From an uncultured Acidobacteriota bacterium (GTDB taxonomy: Bacteria > Acidobacteriota > Thermoanaerobaculia > UBA5066 > Gp7-AA6): a stretch of DNA of 64,000 nt. How positions within the stretch are numbered: position 1 is the first letter of the stretch; every line of letters starts with the position of its first letter. The stretch is taken from positions 5,322-69,321 of the forward strand of contig CAVTEG010000012.1 of the NCBI GenBank assembly GCA_963733815.1. The letters run 5' to 3'. Shown here piece by piece: positions 31,563 through 41,040 of the stretch. The notes beneath the pieces are model-generated. The model searched no databases and was not told the DNA's origin. It was given only the letters and a program-made list of their open reading frames with translations. Made by a program: the position numbers and the translations under genes.

Positions 31563-32936
31563 ATGGCATCCGGATTCGACCGCGAAGAGCTTCGGTCCTA
31601 CGCGCGCGCCAAGCGAGGCCAGTACGAGCAGGTGCTCGAGGACCTCGTCGAGATTCCCTCGGTCTCCGTCGACCCGGAGCGCAAGGGCGACGTGCGGAAG
31701 GCCGCCGAGTCCGCCGCCTCGCTTCTCCAGTCCTTCGGCGCGACGGCGAAGCTCTACGAGACGAAGGGCCATCCGATCGTTCACGGCCGCTTCGAACGCG
31801 GACCGCAGTACCCGACCGTGACCGTCTACAACCACCTCGACGTCCAGCCCGCCGAGGGTCCGGACTGGAACACCGCGCCGTTCGACTTCATCCGCGAGGG
31901 CGACAAGTACCGTGGCCGCGGAACGACCGACGACAAGGGCCCGGCGATCACGGCCCTCTTCGGCGCCCGGTACGCCTGGGAGAAGGGGCTGCCCCTGAAC
32001 ATCCACTTCCTCTGGGAGCTCGAGGAGGAGATCGGGAGCCCGCACTTCGAATCCACGATCCGCGACCACAAGAAGGACTTCGCGACGGACTCCGTCGTCG
32101 TTTCGGACACGGTCTGGGTCTCGCGCGCGCGGCCGGCGAGCCCCGCGGGACTGCGGGGTCTGCAGGGGTTCCGCTTCGAGCTCCAGACGGGCGAGACGGA
32201 TCAGCACTCGGGCACGGCCGGGGGCGCCGCCCGCAACCCGGTCACCGAGCTCTGCCAGCTGATCGCGGAGTGCGTGGACGGAAAGACCGGCAAGGTCAAG
32301 ATCCCCGGCTTCTACAAGGACGTGGTGCCGCCGACGAAGAAGGAGATCGAGGACCTCAAGAAGTGCGGCTTCACCGTCAAAGACTTCAAGCGCGACCACA
32401 TGTTCCGGTCGCTGCGCACGGTCGAGCCCGTCGACGTCATGAAACGGATCTGGATGATGCCGACCTTCGAGGTCCACGGCATCGCCGGCGGCTACCAGGG
32501 CCCGGGAGTCAAGACGATCATTCCGCCCAAGGCGACGGCGATCGTCTCCTGCCGCCTGGTGCCGAAGATGCGCTCGGAGAAGATCGTCAAGCTCGTCCGC
32601 GACTTCGTCAAGAAGAGGAACCCCGACGTCCACGTTTCCACGGAGCACGCCCTTCCGCCGTACCAGGGGAAGACCACCGGTCCGTACGCCGACGCGGTGC
32701 GCGGCGCGATGAAGTTCGCGTTCGGCAAGGAACCCGTCTTCGTGCGCGAAGGCGGCTCGATCGGGGCGGTCCTCTCGATGGAGAAAGTGCTCAAGAGCCC
32801 GGTCTTCTTCCTCGGACTTTCGCTTCCCGAGCACGGGTACCACGCGCCCAACGAGAACTTCGACTGGCCCCAGGCCGAGGGCGGGATGGCCGCGTTCGCG
32901 GACTACTTCCGGCGGATCGCGGAGATGGGGCGCTAG
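31563..32936 (+). CDS. M20/M25/M40 family dipeptidase
   Basis: YNHLDVQP, DDKG, EEEIGS, HSG, HAPNE. Confidence 0.92.
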   Translation: MASGFDREELRSYARAKRGQYEQVLEDLVEIPSVSVDPERKGDVRKAAESAASLLQSFGATAKLYETKGHPIVHGRFERGPQYPTVTVYNHLDVQPAEGPDWNTAPFDFIREGDKYRGRGTTDDKGPAITALFGARYAWEKGLPLNIHFLWELEEEIGSPHFESTIRDHKKDFATDSVVVSDTVWVSRARPASPAGLRGLQGFRFELQTGETDQHSGTAGGAARNPVTELCQLIAECVDGKTGKVKIPGFYKDVVPPTKKEIEDLKKCGFTVKDFKRDHMFRSLRTVEPVDVMKRIWMMPTFEVHGIAGGYQGPGVKTIIPPKATAIVSCRLVPKMRSEKIVKLVRDFVKKRNPDVHVSTEHALPPYQGKTTGPYADAVRGAMKFAFGKEPVFVREGGSIGAVLSMEKVLKSPVFFLGLSLPEHGYHAPNENFDWPQAEGGMAAFADYFRRIAEMGR

Positions 32937-32937
32937 C

Positions 32938-35218
32938 CTGAAGCGGATCGCTTCCGCGATCTTCGGCGGCCTGCTCCTCGCGGCCGCGGCCTTCGCCGCC
33001 TCGCCGGCGGCTTCGCACGACGATCTCGACGCCCAGCTCGAGCGGATCTTCGGGATAAAGGAATACACCGCCAAAAAGTTCGGGCCGTTCCAGTGGGCCG
33101 ACGGCGGCAAGGCTTTCACGACCGTCGAGCCCTCCGCGCCCGAAGACGCGAAGACCGTCCGAGATCTCGTCCGCTACGACTCCGTGACGGGCGAGCGTCG
33201 GGTGCTCGTCCCCTCGGCACGGCTCGTCCCTTCGGCCGGCAAGCCCCCGCTCGCCGATCGAGGACTACGCCGTCTCCGACGACGGGAAGCGTCTTCTGAT
33301 CTTCACCAACACCCGGAAGTCTGGCGCCGCAACACCCGCGGCGATTACTGGGTGCTCGACCTCGCCCCGGGGAACCTCCGAAAGCTCGGCGGCGAGGCGC
33401 CCGAGTCCACGCTGATGTTCGCCAAGTTCTCGCCGGACGGCGACGCGCGTCGCCTACGTGCAGGCCAACGACCTCTACGTCGAGGACGTCGGCGACGGCG
33501 CCGGTCACGCGGCTCACGGCCGACGGCTCGGCCACGAGCATCAACGGCACGTCCGACTGGGTCTACGAGGAGGAGTTCGGTCTGCGCGACGGCGTTCCGC
33601 TGGAGCCCGGACGGGAAGCGGATCGCGTACTGGCACTTCGACGTCACAGGCGTCGGCACGTTCCATCTCATCAACGACACCGACTCGCTCTATCCCGTCG
33701 CTCACGCCGATTCCGTACCCGAAGGCGGGCACCACCAACTCCGCCGTCGACGATCGGGGTCGTGCCCGGCGACGGCGGCGCCGTGCGGCTGGCTCGAGCT
33801 TCCCGGCGACCCGCGCAACACTACCTGCCGCGGATGGAGTGGGCGGACTCCCGCCGAGCTCGTCCTCCAGCAGCTGAACCGCCTCCAGAACACCGACGAC
33901 GTATGCTGGCGGACGCCGACGACGGCCGGACGAAGCGGATGTTCCGCGACGAGGACAGCGCCTGGGTCGACGTCGTGGACGCCTGGCAGTGGCTGCCGGG
34001 AGGCAAGGAGCTCCTCTGGGTCAGCGAGCGCGACGGCTGGCGGCACGTCTGGGCGCGTCTCGACAGGACGGCGCGCTCCGGATCCTCACCCGGGTGCCTT
34101 CGACATCGATCACGGTCGACGGCCGTCGACGCGAAGACGGGGACGCTGTACTTCATCGCCTCTCCCGGAGACGCCACGCAGCGCTACCTCTACCGCGCGC
34201 GGCTCGACGGCAAGGGCGCGCCCGAGCGCGTCACGCCGCCGAACCCGCCGGGACGCACGCCTACAAGATCTCGCCCGACGGGCGCTGGGCGCATCCACAC
34301 CTTCTCCACGGTCGACCGTCCGCCGGTCGACTCGATCTGGTGCGGCTTCCCGTCGCACCAGACGCGTTCGCGTCCTCGAGGACAACCGGCGAGCTCGCGG
34401 CGAAGGCCGCGGCGGCGTTCGTCGCCGGCCGACGGAGTTCTTCCGGTGGACATCGGCGGCGGCGTGACGCTGGACGGCTGGATGATCAAGCCGAGGGACT
34501 TCGATCCTTCGAAGAAGTATCCGCTGCTGATGTACGTCTACGGCGAGCCCGCCGGGCCGACGGTCGAACGACGCTGGGGCGGCGACCGGCCGCTCTTCCA
34601 CCGGGTGCTCGCCGACGCCGGGCTACGTCGTGGCGAGCGTGGACAACCGGGGCACCCCGTCCCCGAAGGGGCGGGCCTGGCGAAGGTCGATCTACGGCGA
34701 TCGATCGGCGTGCTCGCGACGCGCGGACCAGGCCGCCGCCGTCGGGCGCTTGCTCGCGACGCATCCGTACATCGATCCCGCGCGCGTGGCGATCTGGGGC
34801 TGGAGCGGCGGCGGCTCGATGACGCTGAACCTGATGTTCCGCTATCCCGACGTCTACAAGGTCGGCATGGCCGTCGCGCCGGTGCCGGACCAGCGGCTCT
34901 ACGACACGATCTACCAGGAGCGCTACATGGGGCTGCCCGCAGGAGAACGCCGAGGGCTACCGGAACGGCTCGCCGATCAACTTCGCGGAGGGACTGAAGG
35001 GACAGCTGCTCGTCGTCCACGGCTCGGGCGACGACAACGTGCACTACCAGGGCACCGAGCGGCTGGTGAACCGGCTGGTCGCGCTGGGCAAGCCGTTCGA
35101 CTTCATGGTCTACCCCAACCGCACGCATGCGATCAAAGAGGGCGAAGGGACCTCGCTCCACCTTCACGAGCTTCTCGCGCGCTATCTGACGACGAACCTT
35201 CCGGCGGGACCGAGATAA
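32938..35218 (+). CDS. S9B dipeptidyl peptidase IV family protein, many frameshifts
   Basis: DWVYEEE, YPKAG, GWSGGG, DDNVH, RTH across frames. Signal peptide begins at CTG 32938. Confidence 0.85.
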
Positions 35219-35220
35219 GA

Positions 35221-35274
35221 GGTCCCAGGTCTAAGGTCCCAGGTGCTCCGACTTGGGACCTGGGACTTGGGACT
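35221..35274. repeat. Inverted heptamer array (AGGTCCC / GGGACCT units)
   Basis: GGTCCCAGGTCTAAGGTCCCAGGT...ACTTGGGACCTGGGACTTGGGACT between convergent genes; possible terminator. Confidence 0.7.
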
Positions 35275-35275
35275 C

Positions 35276-35974
35276 TCACCTCAATTCCACTCTCCCCTTC
35301 GGGCACTCGATCACGGCGATGAGCGCGGGCCTGGGGCCCTGCGTTACGGCAAGATCGATTCCAACCGCCTCGAGGATGCGCCGGATCTCGGGTGCGTCCG
35401 GGTGTTCCGCGCGCAAGCCGACGAGCTTTGCTCCCTTCGCCGCGCTCGCCGCCGGATGCGGGGATGTCCCCCAATCGATGAAGAAAGGAACGATGCCGTC
35501 GCCTGGCGTCTTCGTCGCGTCCGTCACGCGCCACGACAGAACCACGCCGTCGGGCCTCTTGCGTCCACCCGGCTTCACCTCTCCCAGGTGTACGCCCTGG
35601 CTCGCGGCGTGGCGGACCAGCGCGTCCAAGTCGGAGGTGTTGGCGGCCCAGGCCACCAGGCGCGGAGCCGCGAGGGAGTCCAGCCCGAAGGACCGCGGCT
35701 CCTTCGGCGGCGGCTGATCCGGATCCGGGCCGACGATCTCGAGATAGCTCGTCGGCCCGAGCGCGACGAGGGCGTTTCGCGTGCCCCTCCCCGGGTGCTG
35801 CCCGCCCGGCGTCGCCCGAACCCCGAGGAGCTTCTCGATCTCCGCCACGCCGCGCGAAAGGTCGGGCGTCGCGTAAGCGAGGTGATCGACGCGCGCGAGA
35901 ACGTCGCCGGAGCGCGGCGTCGGAGACGGGGCGGGCATCAGAATGGCCGCCAGTGCGAATCCGAGCGAGAGCAT
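35276..35974 (-). CDS. VOC/glyoxalase-like family protein
   Basis: DHL, GGQHPGRGTRN, YLEIV, PFFIDW; hydrophobic N-terminus. Confidence 0.85.
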   Translation of the reverse strand: MLSLGFALAAILMPAPSPTPRSGDVLARVDHLAYATPDLSRGVAEIEKLLGVRATPGGQHPGRGTRNALVALGPTSYLEIVGPDPDQPPPKEPRSFGLDSLAAPRLVAWAANTSDLDALVRHAASQGVHLGEVKPGGRKRPDGVVLSWRVTDATKTPGDGIVPFFIDWGTSPHPAASAAKGAKLVGLRAEHPDAPEIRRILEAVGIDLAVTQGPRPALIAVIECPKGRVELR

Positions 35975-35996
35975 CGGAACCTCTCCTTTCCGCGGC

Positions 35997-36830
35997 TCAC
36001 CGCAGAGCGGCTTCCAGCGCCGCGGCCGCGTCGGTCCGCGCGTCACGGTACTTCACGATCACGGGAGTCTGGAGAGAGAGCCCCCACTCGGCCCCCTTCC
36101 CGTCGCGGATCGCGCGGGACCCGGGTACGACGACCGCTCTCTCGGGTATCTCGAGCGGGCGGCCTTCGGCGCTCCGGTAGATCTCTCCGCGCACTACGTC
36201 GTAAACCGGCGTGGCCCGCGTCAGGACCACGCCCGCCGCGAGGACCGCGCCTGCGCGCACGACGGCTCCCTCGTAGATCCCGGAGTCTCCGCCGACGAAG
36301 ACATCGTTCTCCACGATCACCGGCAGCTCGCCCGCCGGCTCCAGGATCCCCCCGATCTGCGCGCCGGCGGAGACGTGGACGCGGCGGCCCACCTGGGCGC
36401 ACGAGCCCACCAGCACGTGCGAGTCCACGAGAGTTCCGCTGTCCACGTACGCTCCGACGTTGACGAACACCGGCGGCATGATCGTCACGCCGGGAGCGAC
36501 GTAAGCGCCTGCGCGCACGGAGGTCCCGCCGGGAACCACGCGCACGCCCGACGCCCGTGTGAAGGATGCCGTCGGAAGCGTGTCCTTGTCGAAAAAACGA
36601 AGAGGACCGGCCGGCGGAAACTCCGCGAGCACGCCGACGCGAAACGCGAGCAGGATGCCGCGCTTGACCCATGGATTTGCCTCCCAGCGTCCGTTGCGGC
36701 GCTCGGCCGCGCGGACGCGGCCCGACGCGAGGGCCGCGAGCAGCTCCGCCACCGCCGCGCGCGCCTCGGCGGCCGGCGGGGCCGCCGAGGCCGCGAGCTC
36801 CTCGAGAAGCCCGGCGAGCGAGGCGCTCAA
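35997..36830 (-). CDS. dapD: 2,3,4,5-tetrahydropyridine-2,6-dicarboxylate N-succinyltransferase
   Basis: WVKRGILL, FFDK, VNVGAYVD, VGSCAQ, IGGILEP, VVVPGSR. Confidence 0.93.
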   Translation of the reverse strand: MSASLAGLLEELAASAAPPAAEARAAVAELLAALASGRVRAAERRNGRWEANPWVKRGILLAFRVGVLAEFPPAGPLRFFDKDTLPTASFTRASGVRVVPGGTSVRAGAYVAPGVTIMPPVFVNVGAYVDSGTLVDSHVLVGSCAQVGRRVHVSAGAQIGGILEPAGELPVIVENDVFVGGDSGIYEGAVVRAGAVLAAGVVLTRATPVYDVVRGEIYRSAEGRPLEIPERAVVVPGSRAIRDGKGAEWGLSLQTPVIVKYRDARTDAAAALEAALR

Positions 36831-37750
36831 CGCGCCGACGTTCCCTTCTTCGGAAGAAGCCGGTAGCCGGCGAGCATCTTCTCGATCCGCTTGCGCGTCT
36901 CGTCCCGCACCGGAACCAGCGGAAGCCGCAGGGTCTCCGGAGACTTCTTCATCAAGGCGAGCGCGCACTTCACGGGTCCCGGCGAGGGCTCCCAGTGGTT
37001 CATCTCCATCAGAGGCTCGTACTTGCGCTGGAGCGTGAGCGCCTTCGCGCGGTCGTTTTCGAGCGCCGCGCGCACGAGCTCGGCCATCTCCTTTGGAATC
37101 TGGTTGGCGACGATCGAGATCACGCCGCGCGCGCCGAGTGCGATCAGGGCGAGCGCGGTCGCGTCGTCGCCCGAGAAGACGGCGAAGTCCTCGGGGAGCG
37201 TGGCCATCAGCTTCGCGATCTTGCCGAAGTCCGCGGAGGCTTCGAGCAGGCCGGCCACGTTCGGGATCTCGGCGAGACGCTGGATCGTCTCGACCGTCAG
37301 GTCGATCCCGGTCCGCGCGGGAAAGTTGGACACCATCATCCGCAGGTCCGTCGCCTCGGCGATCGCCGAGAAATGCCTCAACAAACCCTCCGGGCTCGGC
37401 GTGTTGAACATGGGCGTGACCGAGAGAATGCCGTCGGCGCCGACCGAGGCCGCGTCTTTCGCCCAGAAGACGGCGCGCGCCGTGTGATTGCCGCCGGCTC
37501 CGGCGATCACCGGGACGCGGCCGCCGGCCGCGTGGACCACGGCGGCCGTGACGGCCTTGCGCTCGTCGCGCGACAACGTCGAGGACTCGCCGGTTGTGCC
37601 GCACGTCACCAGGAAGTCGACGCCCTGTGAGATTTGCCACTCCACCAGCGCCGCGAGCGGCCCGAACGCGATGCGCCCCCGGTCGTCAAACGGCGTGACG
37701 AGCGCCGTGCCGCAGCCCTTTGCGTCGAATGTCTTCCGGGTGCCTTTCAC
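36827..37750 (-). CDS. DapA/DHDPS-fold protein with catalytic Lys and Tyr residues substituted
   Basis: TALVTPF, GTTGE, SGDD, RLPL conserved, but PMFN, VSNFP and GLLEAS at the catalytic sites. GGAGG RBS. Confidence 0.85.
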   Translation of the reverse strand: MKGTRKTFDAKGCGTALVTPFDDRGRIAFGPLAALVEWQISQGVDFLVTCGTTGESSTLSRDERKAVTAAVVHAAGGRVPVIAGAGGNHTARAVFWAKDAASVGADGILSVTPMFNTPSPEGLLRHFSAIAEATDLRMMVSNFPARTGIDLTVETIQRLAEIPNVAGLLEASADFGKIAKLMATLPEDFAVFSGDDATALALIALGARGVISIVANQIPKEMAELVRAALENDRAKALTLQRKYEPLMEMNHWEPSPGPVKCALALMKKSPETLRLPLVPVRDETRKRIEKMLAGYRLLPKKGTSAR

Positions 37751-37821
37751 GAGTCCTCCATCCGGCGATTGGTGTGGGACACCGTATAATCTTTTCGTAC
37801 CTTCGAACAAACGAGAAGCAC

Positions 37822-38226
37822 ATGAGCTCTGCACCTGCAGGTCCGCGCTGCCCGCGCTGCCACCGGCCCCTGGCCGCCTGGCGGATGAACCATTGTGTGT
37901 ACTGCGGTGAAGCGATTCCCGCGGAGCTGAAGGCGGGCTTCGAGGAGCCGGAGGCTCTGAAGTTTGTGGAGCGTCCGGGGCTGCCCGCGGACGTCCACCG
38001 TCAGCTCGAGATGATGAAGGTCGTTCCCATGGAGGGCCGCAAGCCCGCCAAGAACGTCGTCAAGATCGCCGGCTTCGCCTCGCTTCCCATCTTCGCCGTG
38101 CTGATCTATCTGACCTACACGCTGATGAAGCAGCTCTCCGCCACCGCCGGCGCGCTGATCCTGGTGGTGGGCGCCGGAGTCCTCGGCTACCTCGCCTACA
38201 CCTTCGTCAAAGCGTCGAAGAAGTAG
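37822..38226 (+). CDS. Zinc-ribbon (CPRC..CVYC) protein with two C-terminal TMs
   Basis: Translation; TATAAT box upstream near 37775. Confidence 0.65.
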   Translation: MSSAPAGPRCPRCHRPLAAWRMNHCVYCGEAIPAELKAGFEEPEALKFVERPGLPADVHRQLEMMKVVPMEGRKPAKNVVKIAGFASLPIFAVLIYLTYTLMKQLSATAGALILVVGAGVLGYLAYTFVKASKK

Positions 38227-39144
38227 TCAGTCGAAGAGGGAACGGGGCGGGCCTTCGTCCCGGACCGGGATTCCGAGCTGCGACGCGAGGGCCCGGATCG
38301 TCAGGGGCGCGCAGCCCTCGGCGCGGTTGTTGACGAGAATGAAGGCGTCGGCACCCTGCGCCGCGATGTCCCGGATGAGCCGCACGAGGTCGCCGCGCAT
38401 GTCCTCCCGGGGCGCGAGGATGCGGTCGTAGGGACGAAACCGCTCGACGGCCTGCTCATAGGGCATTCCCGGAGGCACGAGAATGCGGACGACCGCCGTG
38501 GCCGAGGGCAGCGGCTGCGCCGCCTCCCACTGCTCGAGAAGCGGAGGCGTGCGTGTCCACCAGTTGAAGACATGGGCGGCGCCCCGCCGGCGCAGGACCT
38601 CGAAGTAGTCCGGCACGAAGTACTCCGGCGTCCGGATCTCGACGGCGAAACGCCGTGCGGGGCCCGCCACCTCTCCGAGAAAGCGGTCGATTCCTTCCAC
38701 GAAGGCGCGCCGGCTCGAGGCCGAGGGGCGGCGGTCGGCCGGAAACTCGAGGATGAACGGGGCGGCGTTGTCGGCGAAGGCGCGCGCGTACGCCGGCAGC
38801 ACCTCTTCCAGGAACACGCGCGCGTCCAGGTACTTCGGGTTCGCCTGACCGGCCCTCGGGCCGTGGCGCTCGAGCTCGGGGAAGCGCGGCATCGTCAGCT
38901 CCTCCCAGACCTTCGAGAGCACCGGAAAACCCCGCGGCAGGGCGCGCGCGTAGCGCGCCAGCTGGGATTCGGTCGGCGGCCGGTAGAACGGGAAATCGAA
39001 CTCCACCGTCCGGAACGGCTCGTACCGCGCGTACTCGCGGAGACACTCGACCTTGAAGTCCGACGCGCGGTAGCGGTCGTGGTAGACGATCCCCTTCCAG
39101 CCCTCGTACGCGAAGCTCGCGGTGCCGAAGCGGATCTCGCCCAT
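38227..39144 (-). CDS. DUF72 domain protein
   Basis: FGTASFAYEGWKG, TVE..FYRPP, VEIR, NNRAEGCAP. Confidence 0.88.
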   Translation of the reverse strand: MGEIRFGTASFAYEGWKGIVYHDRYRASDFKVECLREYARYEPFRTVEFDFPFYRPPTESQLARYARALPRGFPVLSKVWEELTMPRFPELERHGPRAGQANPKYLDARVFLEEVLPAYARAFADNAAPFILEFPADRRPSASSRRAFVEGIDRFLGEVAGPARRFAVEIRTPEYFVPDYFEVLRRRGAAHVFNWWTRTPPLLEQWEAAQPLPSATAVVRILVPPGMPYEQAVERFRPYDRILAPREDMRGDLVRLIRDIAAQGADAFILVNNRAEGCAPLTIRALASQLGIPVRDEGPPRSLFD

Positions 39145-39182
39145 GCGCCGCGGCAGAGTATCCCGCACGTAGAATCCGCCGG

Positions 39183-39620
39183 ATGATTCCCTTCCGCGGC
39201 CAGGCCGAGATCGCCGGACGCCTCGAGCTTTCGGCCGCGAAGCGAATCCTCCTCGTCGAGGCGCCCCGCGAGCTCGAGGCGATTGTTCTCGCCTCGGGCG
39301 TCGAAGGTCAGGATGTGCGCTCGATCGAGGCCCGGGCGATCCGGTCCGTCAAAGAACCGGCGGACTTCATCCTGGTCTGGCAGGAGAGCCGAGTGGGCTC
39401 GCGCGCGGTTTTCGAAGCGGCGCTCAAGCGTCTCGAGCCCGGCGGCCGGCTCTGGGTCGTGACGGCGCTGAAAAAAGTCTCCGGCCCGCGCACTCCCGCG
39501 ATCCATCGCCTCGAGGCGGAGGACCTCCGGAAAGCCTTCGCGAAATCGGGATTGACCTTCGATCGGGAAGCCAGGCTCTCGGCCTGGCACACGGGGTATC
39601 GGTTCGCCTACTCGACGTAG
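39183..39620 (+). CDS. DUF3052-like hypothetical protein
   Basis: LEPGGRLWV..KK..LSAWHTGYRF pattern. Confidence 0.55.
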   Translation: MIPFRGQAEIAGRLELSAAKRILLVEAPRELEAIVLASGVEGQDVRSIEARAIRSVKEPADFILVWQESRVGSRAVFEAALKRLEPGGRLWVVTALKKVSGPRTPAIHRLEAEDLRKAFAKSGLTFDREARLSAWHTGYRFAYST

Positions 39621-39931
39621 GGGAAGAATCGGCCAGTCACCCGGAAGAACCGCCCGCTCGGCGGCTCGACCGTGAGCTGGCAGCGGGAGACCTCGAGTGT
39701 CGTGGAGAACGAAACGCCCGGTGCCGTGAGGCTGACGGGATACCGGGTCCCGACTTTCAGGGGAGCGTCGAAGTCGAAGCGCACGCCGGTCGGAGACACG
39801 TCCAGCACCTGGCGGGCCTTTTCCCACCGGATCTTTAGCTCGTACTGTTCCGGCTTGAGCTTTCGGTGCGCCCTCTGTTCCTCGACGGCGCCCTTCTTAC
39901 CGGCCGGTGGATCGGTCCTTCTCTCTGGCAT
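39608..39931 (-). CDS. Stand-alone PilZ-like domain protein
   Basis: QRAHRK and DVSPTG motifs followed by a beta-barrel pattern. Confidence 0.65.
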   Translation of the reverse strand: MPERRTDPPAGKKGAVEEQRAHRKLKPEQYELKIRWEKARQVLDVSPTGVRFDFDAPLKVGTRYPVSLTAPGVSFSTTLEVSRCQLTVEPPSGRFFRVTGRFFPYVE

Positions 39932-40059
39932 CAGTCCCAGGGTCGGATAGCCTACTCCCATTAGTGCCCGGTTCAAGCTCGGTCGGATCTCGGGTCCGAT
40001 AGGCCGCAACGGGTTGCGCCGGGGATACTGCAGTCTATAACAGGCGGACCTGCCGGACT

Positions 40060-41040
40060 TTAAGCGAGGACGTCCCGGCGAGCGAAGACCAGGAATGCCG
40101 CGGCCGTCGCCGCGACGGCCCAGGCCGCCAGGACCGCGGCGCCAAAACCCACGGTCAGACCCGGGATCGGCGGGGGCGACCCCGAGTAGTAGTCGGGCAG
40201 GGGCAGACTGGTCACGAAGAGATACTTCTGCGCGTCCCAGGAAGGCGCCATGCGCGGGAGGATCGAGCCGGCGATCAGGGCCGCGAGCATCGTGCCCATC
40301 GACGCGGCCGTCGAGCGCAGGAGCACGGAGGTCAGCAGCGCGATCGCGCCCACGCAGAGGGCCGCGAACCAGGCGAGGCCGTAGACGAGCACGGTCTCCT
40401 TCCAGAGCGGAATCGAGCGGATTCCCGACGCGTCGAAGTTCTGGCCCGCGACGCGGAAGCCCGTCAGTACGGGCGCGTCCCACCCCGAGTAGCCGTAGGC
40501 GACGCCCCCGAGCGCGTACGCGACGAGGCCTCCGAAGAGAACGGTCAGCGTGATCGCCAGAAGCAGCGCCGCGAGCTTGGACGCGAGCACCCGCGAGCGC
40601 CGGACCGGCCGCGTCAGCAGGATCTTGATCGTTCCCTGCTGGAACTCGCCCGACACGATGTCCGAGGCGAAGACGATCGCGAGAAGAGGCAGGAGCAGGT
40701 AGCTCGCAAAGTTGGCGAAGCCGCGCACGAAGAGCGGCCCCGAGATCGCCTCCGGATCCATGTTGCGCTCGAGGTGGTACTGGAGCCGGCCCAGCTCGAA
40801 GCGTGCCCACCGCTGCGACGCCGGCGGCATGCGGCCGTCCCGAAGCCAGTTCTGGATCTGCGCCGTGCGCTCCTGCGTGCGCACGCGCCAGTCCTTGCCG
40901 CGCAGGAAGCGCTCGCGGCCGCGAGACTGTCCGTAGACCCCGAGCCCGATCAGAGCCACGAGAATCAGGACGACGACGCGAAATCGCCGCTGCTTCGCGA
41001 TCTTGAGCATCTCGTTCTCAACGAGGCCCGGGAATCTCAT
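40060..41040 (-). CDS. ABC-2 type transporter permease
   Basis: SDIVSGEFQQGTIKILLTRPVRRSRVLASK, multiple TMs. Confidence 0.9.
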   Translation of the reverse strand: MRFPGLVENEMLKIAKQRRFRVVVLILVALIGLGVYGQSRGRERFLRGKDWRVRTQERTAQIQNWLRDGRMPPASQRWARFELGRLQYHLERNMDPEAISGPLFVRGFANFASYLLLPLLAIVFASDIVSGEFQQGTIKILLTRPVRRSRVLASKLAALLLAITLTVLFGGLVAYALGGVAYGYSGWDAPVLTGFRVAGQNFDASGIRSIPLWKETVLVYGLAWFAALCVGAIALLTSVLLRSTAASMGTMLAALIAGSILPRMAPSWDAQKYLFVTSLPLPDYYSGSPPPIPGLTVGFGAAVLAAWAVAATAAAFLVFARRDVLA

